A DNA stretch of 64,000 nucleotides, taken from contig JAPPFE010000032.1 of the NCBI GenBank assembly GCA_028823955.1, forward strand, positions 48,892 through 112,891. Reading direction: 5' to 3'. Made by a program: the position numbers and the translations under genes. Source of the stretch: Candidatus Dadabacteria bacterium. Its GTDB lineage: Bacteria; Desulfobacterota_D; UBA1144; Nemesobacterales; Nemesobacteraceae. Every line of letters starts with the position of its first letter. Within the stretch, counting starts at the first letter, position 1. The notes under the pieces were generated by a model, which saw nothing but the letters and a program-made list of their open reading frames with translations, ran no database searches and was not told the DNA's origin. Below, one piece after another: positions 18,034 to 26,906 of this stretch.

Positions 18034-19968
18034 TTACCGGACTACTGAAACTCCGGAAATCATGCTGAACCCCGGGGATGAAAAACCGAAAACATCTTCA
18101 TAATTCTTGTCAAACAGGTTATTAATTCTTGAAAACAACCTGATTTTATCAACAAATCTTTTCACGCTGATTTCGTAGGAAGCCGCAGCGTCAACGATGA
18201 AAAAAGAATCGTTTGTGACTCTGGTAGAAGGAAACTCGCTCCAGTTCACATCATCCCTGCTGCCGATATAATTTCCCGAAAGGTCGAGATCAAAGGCATT
18301 TTTTGAGTATCCTGCGTTAAAAGAAAACGAATGCTTGGGAATCCGTATGAGCCTTTCTCCTTCGGAGAAGGACGGGGACCCGAGGCCACCGTCATCAGTT
18401 ACGTCGGCTTTAAGGTATGTGTAGGCTGCGCTTAGAGTCAAGCTGTTGCTAGGGTGGAACCGTATTGCGGCTTCAACTCCCTCTGACTTTGCGCGGCTTA
18501 TGTTCTCGTAATTGGTGCCGTTTTCAAACGGTGTGAAGCTGTACGCGATAATGTTTTTGAATTTGTTTTGGAAAAAGCTCAAGTCAAGTTCGACCGCGTT
18601 ACCAAGCAACGGCTGCCTGAGACCTATTTCTGCTGTCAGTGTCTCTTCGGGCTTTAGATCCGGGTTGGGTATTGTTCCGAAAGCCGCACTGAAGTTTTCA
18701 TAAAAATTGGCTTCTTTGATTCCTCTGCTGATTCCTCCTCTTATCTCGGTTCCGGATTCCCTGATTTTCCACCTAGTGAAGACACTCGGACTCCACTCGC
18801 TCCCGAATGAATCGTTGTCGTCATATCTTATGCCGGTTGTTACGAAGAATCTCTTTAGCAGCGCGAAGTTGTTCTGAGCATAGAAGGCGTAGTTTTTTCT
18901 TGATTCATTCAGTGAGTCCGTCTTGAAACTTTCTTTCTCGTATTCAAAACCCGTCGAGATTATGCTCGAAGCCTGATCGAAGTCGACAAAAAAACTTGAC
19001 CCGTACTCAAGCGATATCCTTTTGTCGAGAGTCTCCGAAGGGAAGGGTGAATCTAATTCAAGGGGCTGGGGCCCGTCATAGTTTTCCCGATCAAGTCTCG
19101 CGTAGCCGAGCTTAAATGAGTTCTCCCACCATTCGGTCGGGGAAAAAATGATGTCAGAACCCGTGACGAGCGATTCTTCCTTGGTTCCTTGGTCCGGATC
19201 AGCGAACGCGTCAAATCTGTCTCCCGCGCCTCCGGTCGGGAATTCAAACTTCGAATCTCTGTATATGGAGAAAAATGAGAGATTTAAATCGTCGTTCGCT
19301 TCCAAACTCAGATTCGCCGTGAAGTTGTTATTTTTGTAATCGTTGTTTATCTCTAGGATTCCCTCATCGATGATTCTCTGGTGAGAAATGAAATAGCCCA
19401 GCTTCTCGAAACTGCCCGAGATGCTTGAGGAATGCTCAAAGATCATTGCGTCTTCGGCGCGGAATCCCAAGGCCACGGAGCTTGCTTTTTTCATTTTTCC
19501 GCTCCCGCGCTTCGTTATTATGTTTATAACGGAAGACGCCGCGTCGGAACCGTAAAGAGACGAGTGCGCGCCTTTTATTATCTCTATTCTCTCTATGTTC
19601 TCAGTGGTAAGAGAGGAGATGTCAAATCCACCGCCGGCTTGGTTTATCTGGACGCCGTTGATCATAACGAGGTTGTAATCCGACTGCCCGCCCCTTGCGA
19701 AAATGGAAGTAAATCCTCCCCGGCTCCCCGAACTGACTACGTTGAACCCAGGGACTCTCGAAAGTATGGCCGCGATGTCCTTTTCCCCGCTTCTTTCAAT
19801 CTCCTCTCTGTCTATAACGGTAACGGAAGAACCGAGAAGCTCGGCGTCAATCCAAGTTTTTGTACCCGTTACAATAATTCTTTCCATTTCTTTCTCCTCC
19901 GAAAAGCCCGCGGACGGAAACAGAACTGGAATCAAAATAAAGATGAAAAATATCTTAAGTCTGTTCAT
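18034..19968 (-). CDS. btuB: TonB-dependent outer-membrane receptor, probably the vitamin B12 transporter
   Basis: Signal peptide MNRLKIFFIFILIPVLFPSAGFS, TonB-box-like ERIIVTGTK, a plug domain (VIDREEIERSG...ILSRVPGFNV) and a C-terminal NLFDKNYEDV motif. GGAGGAG lies 6 nt before ATG 19968. Preceded by a cobalamin riboswitch. Confidence 0.85.
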   Translation of the reverse strand: MNRLKIFFIFILIPVLFPSAGFSEEKEMERIIVTGTKTWIDAELLGSSVTVIDREEIERSGEKDIAAILSRVPGFNVVSSGSRGGFTSIFARGGQSDYNLVMINGVQINQAGGGFDISSLTTENIERIEIIKGAHSSLYGSDAASSVINIITKRGSGKMKKASSVALGFRAEDAMIFEHSSSISGSFEKLGYFISHQRIIDEGILEINNDYKNNNFTANLSLEANDDLNLSFFSIYRDSKFEFPTGGAGDRFDAFADPDQGTKEESLVTGSDIIFSPTEWWENSFKLGYARLDRENYDGPQPLELDSPFPSETLDKRISLEYGSSFFVDFDQASSIISTGFEYEKESFKTDSLNESRKNYAFYAQNNFALLKRFFVTTGIRYDDNDSFGSEWSPSVFTRWKIRESGTEIRGGISRGIKEANFYENFSAAFGTIPNPDLKPEETLTAEIGLRQPLLGNAVELDLSFFQNKFKNIIAYSFTPFENGTNYENISRAKSEGVEAAIRFHPSNSLTLSAAYTYLKADVTDDGGLGSPSFSEGERLIRIPKHSFSFNAGYSKNAFDLDLSGNYIGSRDDVNWSEFPSTRVTNDSFFIVDAAASYEISVKRFVDKIRLFSRINNLFDKNYEDVFGFSSPGFSMISGVSVVR

Positions 19969-20124
19969 TCTTGACTCCTCCAGGTGCTGGTAGATAGCTT
20001 TCCCCGGAAGAGCGGCTAAATGAATGAACACATAGGGCGGAAACAAGGAAATGCGCGAATGCGCCGGAAATAAAAAATGTGTTTTTAATCGCCATACGCC
20101 TAACTCCCGAGGCAGAACCACTAG

Positions 20125-20335
20125 ATTGACGCAGGCAGGTCTTCCGACTTAAAGGGTTGCCTGTTATCAAAACAGAGCAATTTTTCCAGATACGGCCTTC
20201 CCGGCTGTATTAAAGCCAGTGACCCGAAGCGCAAGCACGCTTCGCATGGGCAGGAAAAAACCCTTATTACGGCTGCGGGAACAGTTCGGGATTCTCACCC
20301 GATTCCCTTAACCTGAATCTGAATACAATGATACA
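20125..20335 (-). promoter_or_regulatory. cobalamin (B12) riboswitch
   Basis: The minus strand reads GGTTAAGGGAATCGGGTGAGAATCCCGAACTGTTCCCGCAGCCGTAA ... GGGTCACTGG...CCGGGAAGGC ... AAGTCGGAAGACCTGCC (B12 box at 20134-20149). All core elements of the Rfam RF00174 consensus are present. Confidence 0.88.
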
Positions 20336-20401
20336 GGCTGGCTGTGGATGTGTCAAAGGCTTCCAGTCGACGGGAAGGCGTAATCAGGAATCGCCTTGTG
20401 T

Positions 20402-20656
20402 TTAGGAAGCAAGCATACGGTCAAGCTCCCCTGAACGCTCAAGGGCCGCAAGGTCGTCGTAACCGCCTATGAACTGCTCATTTACGAAGATCATGGGTAC
20501 GGTTCTCCAGTTAAGGCTCTCAACGAGCTCCTTTCTTTTTTCTGTGTCCTCGTCAAGTCTTATCTCTTCGTAGTCCACTTGTTTTTTGTCAAGGAGCCTT
20601 TTTGCCCTTCTGCAGTAAGTGCAATAATAACTTGTGTAGATCGTTACGGAACTCAA
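20402..20656 (-). CDS. grxC: glutaredoxin (Grx3 type)
   Basis: 84 aa. VTIYTSYYCTYCRRAKRLL...TVPMIFVNEQFIGGYDDL. The active site is CTYC rather than the usual CPYC. Confidence 0.9.
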   Translation of the reverse strand: MSSVTIYTSYYCTYCRRAKRLLDKKQVDYEEIRLDEDTEKRKELVESLNWRTVPMIFVNEQFIGGYDDLAALERSGELDRMLAS

Positions 20657-20763
20657 TATCGCACCTCGGTTTGTTTTTGGGTCCTATGATGCTTGGTTTT
20701 TAGTATATATTCAAGTACGTTAAGCACTTACGTGTCCTTACTGGGCGATGGAGTTTTTGCACT

Positions 20764-21315
20764 ATGCGGGAAAAGGTCTTTTTTTTCTTGGGGCTTTCGC
20801 TGATTTTCCTTATGAGTTCGTGCTCTGCCACGAAGTTTCTGGTGAACTATGCCTCGGGTGATGACAGGAAGTCCGGAAAGATGAAGGACTGGGTCTACAC
20901 CACGGAGCTAAACAGTTACCGTGTCGCACCTCTTTCGCAGAACTGGGAAAGAGTGTCGATAGAAGGTGGGGATATAGCTTTTTACAATCCGGCGAGTGAC
21001 CTCGTGTTAACGGTAAGTTCGCTCTGCGCGGACCGGGATTATGATCTTCAGACGCTTTCAGATTCCTTGGTGGTTGGCTTGAGCAAGAAGCGGATTAAAC
21101 TGCGAAAGGATATAGAAGTCGACGGTGCCGAGGGGCTATACACAGAATACGAGGCGTCGCTTGACGATGAGAGTTTCATGCTTGCGACGGTAGTGCATAA
21201 ATCTGGCAAGTGCGATTATGACTTCAGTTATTCCGCGGGCCAGGCCGACTTCAAAGCGAATCTTGGGAAGTTCATTGATTTCGTTTCAGGTTTCGAGGAG
21301 ATCTGGGCTAAATGA
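20764..21315 (+). CDS. hypothetical lipoprotein, translationally coupled to mlaE
   Basis: Signal peptide with lipobox (LMSSC). 183 aa. ATGA overlap with the next gene. No family recognised. Confidence 0.55.
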   Translation: MREKVFFFLGLSLIFLMSSCSATKFLVNYASGDDRKSGKMKDWVYTTELNSYRVAPLSQNWERVSIEGGDIAFYNPASDLVLTVSSLCADRDYDLQTLSDSLVVGLSKKRIKLRKDIEVDGAEGLYTEYEASLDDESFMLATVVHKSGKCDYDFSYSAGQADFKANLGKFIDFVSGFEEIWAK

Positions 21316-22100
21316 GCAGGTTTGTATCCGAGGTTTCCAACAGTTTCCTTAACTTTGTTCTCGGTGTTGGAGAGGTCTGTTTTTTCTTCTGGAATTCAAT
21401 CGTAGCCACTGTTACTCCCCCATATGATTACGGTCTTCTGATGGCCCAAGTATACGATATAGGTTATCGTTCCATCTCAATAGTAGTGGTTTCCGCCATG
21501 GCGATCGGAATGGTGATGGTGGTGCAGCTGGCGTGGGGATTCGCGTGGTTCGGGGCGAAGGGGCTTGTAGGTCCCGTGGTTACTCTCTCGTTCGTGAGGG
21601 AACTCGGTCCCATAATAACCTCTCTTCTTGTGGGCGGCAGGGTTGGTTCCGGTATCACGGCCGAGATAAGCTCGATGAAGGTAACGGAGCAGATAGACGC
21701 CATAAAGACCCTTGGAGCCGATCCGATCAGAAAACTTGTCTCTCCGAGGCTTATGGCATGCATCATATCTTTTCCACTGCTTGCGGTAATATCTAACCTC
21801 GCGGGCATAGGAGGGGCGATGATCATCTCTCAGATGGAACTTAACGTGAAACCCACTCTTTTCATCGAAAGCATAAGAGGCTGGGTTTCCCTTGAAGACC
21901 TGATGACCGGTATTTCCAAGACTCTGTTTTTCGGAATCATAGTGGCGATCACGGGCTGCTATGTGGGAATGAAGGCTGAGGGGGGAACACGCGGGGTCGG
22001 AAACGCCACCACTAAGACTGTTGTGATCTCGCTTTTCCTGATAATACTTTTCGACTTCATTCTCTCGAAAATATTCGTCATTGCTTTTTATGACTTCTAA
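21312..22100 (+). CDS. mlaE: MlaE/YrbE-family ABC transporter permease
   Basis: FVRELGPIITSLLVGGRVGSGITAEISSMKVTEQIDAIKTLGADPIRKLVSPR is the signature MlaE region. Confidence 0.85.
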   Translation: MSRFVSEVSNSFLNFVLGVGEVCFFFWNSIVATVTPPYDYGLLMAQVYDIGYRSISIVVVSAMAIGMVMVVQLAWGFAWFGAKGLVGPVVTLSFVRELGPIITSLLVGGRVGSGITAEISSMKVTEQIDAIKTLGADPIRKLVSPRLMACIISFPLLAVISNLAGIGGAMIISQMELNVKPTLFIESIRGWVSLEDLMTGISKTLFFGIIVAITGCYVGMKAEGGTRGVGNATTKTVVISLFLIILFDFILSKIFVIAFYDF

Positions 22101-22128
22101 ATCTTTTGTCCTGCCCGCTTAAATTTCT

Positions 22129-22156
22129 TTGACTTTGAGGTTACATTCGGTAAAAT
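22129..22156 (+). promoter_or_regulatory. candidate sigma-70 promoter of rplM-rpsI
   Basis: TTGACT (22129-22134), 16-nt spacer, TAAAAT (22151-22156), 34 nt upstream of the rplM ATG. Confidence 0.45.
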
Positions 22157-22189
22157 CGATACCCTTAATTTATCCGAAGAGAGAATACT

Positions 22190-22618
22190 ATGAAGTCATT
22201 CATGGCCAGAAACGACGATTTTGAAAAGAAGTGGTACCTGATCGACGCTCGGGGAAAACCCGTCGGAAGGCTTGCAACCAAGGTGGTCTCGATTCTTAGG
22301 GGCAAGGGCAAACCGCAGTTTGCTCCTCATTCGGATATCGGAGATTTCGTCGTTATAGTCAACGCCGACAAAGCCACGTTCTCTGGCAGGAAGTGGGACC
22401 AGAAAACCTACTACAGCCATTCCCACTATCCGGGGGGACTTAAATCCGTTACTGCGCAAGAACTGGCTGAGAAAAAGCCGGGAGAGATAATCCGCAAGGC
22501 CGTCTGGGGAATGCTTCCCAAAAACAGGTGGCAGAAGAAACTCATACAGCGGATGAAAATCTATGTCGGAGACAAGCATCCGCACATGGCCCAAAATCCC
22601 GAGGTTCTGGAGGTCTGA
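22190..22618 (+). CDS. rplM: 50S ribosomal protein L13
   Basis: KKWYLIDARGKPVGRLATKVVSILRGKGKPQFAPH...VVIVNADKA is the canonical L13 sequence. Confidence 0.95.
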   Translation: MKSFMARNDDFEKKWYLIDARGKPVGRLATKVVSILRGKGKPQFAPHSDIGDFVVIVNADKATFSGRKWDQKTYYSHSHYPGGLKSVTAQELAEKKPGEIIRKAVWGMLPKNRWQKKLIQRMKIYVGDKHPHMAQNPEVLEV

Positions 22619-22624
22619 TTCATT

Positions 22625-23020
22625 ATGCCTGAAACCGTTATTTACAATGGCACGGGGAGAAGAAAAACGTCAATCGCAAGAGTTTGGCTCAGGAGAGGCA
22701 GCGGTTCCATTACCGTGAACAAAAAATCCGTGGAAGAGTACTTTCCCAGAGAAGTATGGCAGATAAAGGCCCGCGAACCACTTAGCGTCACCGATACTTC
22801 CATGGAATATGACGTGATGGTCAGGGTGAAGGGAGGAGGCCTTACCGGTCAGGCGGGAGCCATGAGCCACGGACTTGCCAGAGCCCTTCTCAAGGCCAAC
22901 GAGTCGCTTCGCAAGAAACTCAAGGTTTCCGGACTGCTGAAACGCGACCCCAGGATGGTTGAGAGCAAAAAGTATGGGAAACGCAAGGCGAGAAGGGGAC
23001 AGCAGTTCTCCAAAAGGTAA
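22625..23020 (+). CDS. rpsI: 30S ribosomal protein S9
   Basis: GTGRRKTSIARVWL..., GGGLTGQAGA and C-terminal KYGKRKARRGQQFSKR are canonical S9 features. Confidence 0.95.
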   Translation: MPETVIYNGTGRRKTSIARVWLRRGSGSITVNKKSVEEYFPREVWQIKAREPLSVTDTSMEYDVMVRVKGGGLTGQAGAMSHGLARALLKANESLRKKLKVSGLLKRDPRMVESKKYGKRKARRGQQFSKR

Positions 23021-23027
23021 TTCATAC

Positions 23028-24371
23028 TTGACCGATCCAAACCAGAAGTTCCAGAGAAAATTCGACATCCGCCCGGCCAAGGGAAAGCTTGGGGTGCTGA
23101 TCCCCGGGATGAGCGGGGCGGTAAGCACAACTTTCATAGCGGGCGTAAAGGCGGTGGTAAAGGGAGTGGGAAGGCCCATCGGCTCCCTGACGCAGATGGG
23201 GAAAATCAGACTCGGCAAAAGAACCGAGAAGAACTTTCCTCTCATAAAAGATTTGGTTCCGCTGGCCGAAATCCAGGACATGGTGTTTGCCGGATGGGAC
23301 ATACACGATGAAGACTGCCACGCCTCGGCGCTTCGGGCCGGAGTGCTCAGTCCCGAACTTCTCGGGAAGATAAGACGGGATCTTGCAAAAGAGTCTCCTA
23401 TGCGGGCTGTTTTCGATAACAGGTACGTCCGTAATCTCAAGGGTTCCTACGTAAAGAAGGGCAAGACGAAGATGCATCTTGCCGAGGCCCTGATCAGGGA
23501 CATAAAGAGATTCCAGAGGGAAAACGATATCGAAAGGCTGGTAATGCTCTGGTGCGGGAGTACCGAGGTATATCTTGAGCCGTCGGAAGTTCACGAAACC
23601 ATAGAGAGTTTCGAGAAAGGGCTAAGGGAAAATCACGACGATATTCCCCCGAGCATGATCTACGCCTACGCGGCCATAAAATGCGGTGCCTCCTACGGAA
23701 ACGGGGCCCCGAATCTGTCCGTGGACATCCCCGCGCTTCAGCAGCTCGCGATTGAAAACGAGGTTCCAATAGCCGGCAAAGACTTCAAAACCGGCCAGAC
23801 ACTCATGAAGACTATCCTGGCTCCGGGTCTTAAAAGCAGGATGCTCGGGCTCAACGGGTGGTTTTCAACCAATATACTGGGTAACCGGGACGGAGAGGTG
23901 CTTGATGATCCCGGTTCTTTCAAAACCAAGGAAGAAAGCAAGCTGGGTGCACTTGAGTACATATTTCAGCCCGATATAAATCCTGAGCTTTACTCGGATT
24001 ACTACCACAAGGTAAGAATAAACTACTACCCGCCGCGCGGAGACGAAAAAGAGGCGTGGGACAATATAGACGTTTTCGGATGGCTTGATTATCCCATGCA
24101 GATAAAGGTCAATTTTCTCTGCCGCGACAGCATACTTGCCGCACCGGTGGTTCTTGATCTCGTGCTGTTCCTAGATCTTGCGCATCGCGCCGGTATCTAC
24201 GGGGTCCAGGAGTGGCTTTCCTTTTATTTCAAAAGCCCCATGGTCGATAAGAGGCTCTACCCCGAGCACGATCTTTTCGTTCAGTTCACCAAGCTGCAGA
24301 ACACGCTTCGCTACCTGCGGGGCGAGGAACTGATAAGCCATCTGGGGATTGATTACTACGGTTTCGGCTAA
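23028..24371 (+). CDS. myo-inositol-1-phosphate (inositol-3-phosphate) synthase
   Basis: KLGVLIPGMSGAVSTTFIAGVKAV (Rossmann-type N-terminus), NGAPNLSVD and DFKTGQTLMKT fit the MIPS family. Start is uncertain. I favour TTG 23028, 7 nt after the rpsI stop, over the in-frame ATG 22959, which would overlap rpsI by 62 nt. Confidence 0.75.
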   Translation: MTDPNQKFQRKFDIRPAKGKLGVLIPGMSGAVSTTFIAGVKAVVKGVGRPIGSLTQMGKIRLGKRTEKNFPLIKDLVPLAEIQDMVFAGWDIHDEDCHASALRAGVLSPELLGKIRRDLAKESPMRAVFDNRYVRNLKGSYVKKGKTKMHLAEALIRDIKRFQRENDIERLVMLWCGSTEVYLEPSEVHETIESFEKGLRENHDDIPPSMIYAYAAIKCGASYGNGAPNLSVDIPALQQLAIENEVPIAGKDFKTGQTLMKTILAPGLKSRMLGLNGWFSTNILGNRDGEVLDDPGSFKTKEESKLGALEYIFQPDINPELYSDYYHKVRINYYPPRGDEKEAWDNIDVFGWLDYPMQIKVNFLCRDSILAAPVVLDLVLFLDLAHRAGIYGVQEWLSFYFKSPMVDKRLYPEHDLFVQFTKLQNTLRYLRGEELISHLGIDYYGFG

Positions 24372-24389
24372 ACGGGCCGCGGTTCTGCT

Positions 24390-25535
24390 CTACTGCTTGA
24401 GGAAACTTTCTAGGTCTTTTCTCACGCCGGAACTTGCGAGTTTCCCGAGGGCGGCCTTTTCTATCTGCCTTATCCTTTCCCTGGTCAGATTGAACCTCTT
24501 GCCGATCTCATCAAGAGTGTAGGTGCTCTGGCGTCCTATGCCGAAGCGAAGCCTGATGATCTCCTCTTCTCTTTGATTCAGAAGGGTAAGAGCTTCCTTC
24601 AGCTTTTCCGCGAGAGACATCTTCGCTATTATCGTGTCGGGGATTTTAGCTTCCTTATCCGCGACCGAATCAAGAAGCGTGGTCTTCTCCCCGTCGAGAA
24701 CCGGCGTGTCGAGGCTTATAGCGTCGTTTGTGGAATTGAGAATCCTGTTTATAACCTCTGCTGAGATTCCCGATGCCTCGGCTATTTCCTTGGGCGTCGG
24801 CTTTCTTCCCATTTCCTTGCTAAGCTTCGCACTCGTCTTGTAAACCCTGTTTGCCTGCTCCAGCAGGTAAACAGGGACCTTTATAGTCCTGGTCTGTCCC
24901 TGAAGGGCCCTGAGTATGGCCTGGTGTATCCACCATGAGGCGTAGGTGGAGAACTTGTAGCCCTTTGTGTAATCAAATCTTTCAACCGCGCGCATTAGAC
25001 CGAGGTTTCCTTCCTGGATGAGATCCGGAAGCGGCAGCCCCCTGCTCATGTATCTTCTCGAAATCGTTATTACGAGTCTCAGGTTGGCTTTTACGAACTT
25101 CTGCTTGAGTTTGAGCGCCCAGTCGACATAAATTCTCTCCATAGCGCGCAGGACCGCTATTCTGTGTGCTATCGCACGCGCCCTGGCCGAGTTTTTTCTT
25201 GTGCGGATTTTCTCGTATTTTTCAATGCTCTTAGGAACCTTGGCCATCCTGATTTCGCACATCTTGATTCTCGCAGATATCTCGACTTCCTGCTTCGCGG
25301 CGAAAAGAGGCTCAACTGCCATGTCCTTAAAGTAGACGTAAAGAAGCCGGAGCTGTTCATCGGGGATCCACTTGTCCTTCTCTTTGTCCTTCCCTCTGGG
25401 TTTCAGTTCCTCTTCGTCCGGGCTGTCAAAACTCTCTTCGGTTTCGTTTTCCTCGATGTCGTCGTCAACATCATAGGATTCAAACCCGGCGTCGTGTTCC
25501 GCATTACCCTGAAAATCTTTATATTTAATGTCCAT
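24390..25535 (-). CDS. RNA polymerase sigma-70 family factor (group 1/2, RpoD/RpoS-like)
   Basis: DLIQEGNLGLMRAVERFDYTKGYKFSTYASWWIHQAI (regions 2.1-2.4) and TLDEIGKRFNLTRERIRQIEKAAL (region 4.2). Acidic N-terminus. 381 aa. Confidence 0.85.
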   Translation of the reverse strand: MDIKYKDFQGNAEHDAGFESYDVDDDIEENETEESFDSPDEEELKPRGKDKEKDKWIPDEQLRLLYVYFKDMAVEPLFAAKQEVEISARIKMCEIRMAKVPKSIEKYEKIRTRKNSARARAIAHRIAVLRAMERIYVDWALKLKQKFVKANLRLVITISRRYMSRGLPLPDLIQEGNLGLMRAVERFDYTKGYKFSTYASWWIHQAILRALQGQTRTIKVPVYLLEQANRVYKTSAKLSKEMGRKPTPKEIAEASGISAEVINRILNSTNDAISLDTPVLDGEKTTLLDSVADKEAKIPDTIIAKMSLAEKLKEALTLLNQREEEIIRLRFGIGRQSTYTLDEIGKRFNLTRERIRQIEKAALGKLASSGVRKDLESFLKQ

Positions 25536-25699
25536 CTTGCTTTTTCACCAATTCCCTGATTGAAAAACGGAGGCAATAAAAAAGGTTTTCAAAGCCCAAG
25601 CGGGCAATGAAAATTAGCACCTTCCGCCCCTATTAAGGGATTATAAGATTTTTCGGGCTAAAATGTAAGCGTTTTTTTCCGGGTGTGGTTTTGTGGGAA

Positions 25700-26311
25700 T
25701 TACTTCGCCCCGGTGAAGTTCTCCGAAACCTGTTCCCAGTTCACCACATTCCACCACGCCTTCACGTAGTCGGGCCTTCTGTTCTGGTAGTTCAGATAAT
25801 ATGCATGCTCCCAGACGTCGAGACCCAGAATGGGTTTCAGTCCCTCGGAAACCGGGTTATCCTGGTTTGGGGTGGATGTTACCACGAGCCCTCCGCCCTC
25901 GTCCACGCAAAGCCACGCCCAGCCGCTTCCGAATCTGGTGGCGGCTGCCTTGGAGAATGCCTCGGCGAAAGCGTCGAAGCTTCCGAACGCGGAATCTATG
26001 GCATCGGCAAGCTCACCCGAAGGCGTTCCTCCAGAACCGGGAGCCATGCACGGCCAGAAAAGGCTGTGATTTGCGTGCCCTCCGCCGTTGTTTCTTACTG
26101 CGGTTCTTATGTCTTCGGGAACGGAGTCAAGATCGCCGAGCAGTTCCTCAAGCGATTTGTCCGCCAACTCCGGATGTTTCTCCAGCGCTGCGTTTAAGTT
26201 GTTTACGTACCCTTGATGATGCTTTGAATGATGTATTCTCATCGTTTCCGCGTCTATATGCGGCTCCAAAGCGTCATGATCATAAGGAAGATCAGGTAAT
26301 TCGTGCGCCAT
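25700..26311 (-). CDS. sodB: Fe/Mn superoxide dismutase
   Basis: [33 protein letters not shown] and [18 protein letters not shown] are hallmark SOD motifs. Confidence 0.95.
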   Translation of the reverse strand: MAHELPDLPYDHDALEPHIDAETMRIHHSKHHQGYVNNLNAALEKHPELADKSLEELLGDLDSVPEDIRTAVRNNGGGHANHSLFWPCMAPGSGGTPSGELADAIDSAFGSFDAFAEAFSKAAATRFGSGWAWLCVDEGGGLVVTSTPNQDNPVSEGLKPILGLDVWEHAYYLNYQNRRPDYVKAWWNVVNWEQVSENFTGAK

Positions 26312-26354
26312 TTTCCTCTCCTTTTAATCTCTCGAAATAAAAAGCCAAGTCTGG

Positions 26355-26383
26355 GATTATATATACAACTGCGGACAGTTGCA
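26355..26383 (-). promoter_or_regulatory. candidate sigma-70 promoter of sod
   Basis: The minus strand has TTGCAA (26378-26383), a 17-nt spacer and TATAAT (26355-26360), about 45 nt before the ATG. The spacer holds the inverted repeat CAACTG-N4-CAGTTG. A second TGgTATAAT lies at 26388-26396. Confidence 0.5.
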
Positions 26384-26906
26384 AGTAGATTATACCAGAA
26401 TGTCAGGGTAATCCTATGCTTGTTAGCGAATTCCGAAGCATACCAGGCCGGGGAGTCCACAAACCCTGGACACGGGCAGTCTCTACCGCAAGGCCGCTCT
26501 TTTTGCCCGTTTCGTCAGTACGCGCAACCCTCACGACAACCTCCCGCGCATTGAACTGTGGACACCCGGCCTTTGAGGTTGACAGTACGAAACCCATGCT
26601 TACTGTTTATACCGGCTTCGGAGGGAAAAATCAGCGATTCTTTTTAACTCCCTGTGAATTTACGATTAAATCACTGACCAAGCCTAGCGTGGGATCGCCC
26701 CGACCAGAAGTGTACTTGAAGCAAATTGAATTGGCCGCCGTTTTGCAATGAATATAGATACGGTTCCATTCAGCCTGACTCAGACTCTCTCAGCAACCCT
26801 GCACTTGTCTCTATGTACGTAAAAATGGTGGAACAGATAAAATGGGACCGCCGGAATTAACCGTCTTTCTTACGGAATCAGAGAGACTCTAGCCGGAAAA
26901 TTCGCT

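Noticed and set aside
20402-20656. Glutaredoxin active site CTYC instead of CPYC.
   Set aside because: This is real in the sequence, but a single-residue variation of a well-known motif. It is not evidence of a new function.
26416-26751. 111-aa ORF (and the 64-aa and 83-aa ORFs) inside the sod/Cache intergenic gap.
   Set aside because: The translation (…RGVHKPWTRAVSTARPLFLPVSSVRATLTTTSRALNCGHP…) is Arg/Ser/Thr/Pro-rich with no domain-like pattern. There is no ribosome-binding site, and the ORF overlaps the paired RNA-like segments.
26380-26760. Possibility that the large intergenic gap encodes RNase P RNA, tmRNA, 6S RNA or SRP RNA.
   Set aside because: I could not find the diagnostic motifs on either strand. 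Those are GAGGAAAGUCCGGGC and ACAGAACCCGGCUUA for RNase P, GGGGC...UCGACG and a T-arm plus CCA end for tmRNA, and the SRP GGAA/AGCA tetraloop-region consensus. It is kept only as an unassigned structured-RNA candidate.
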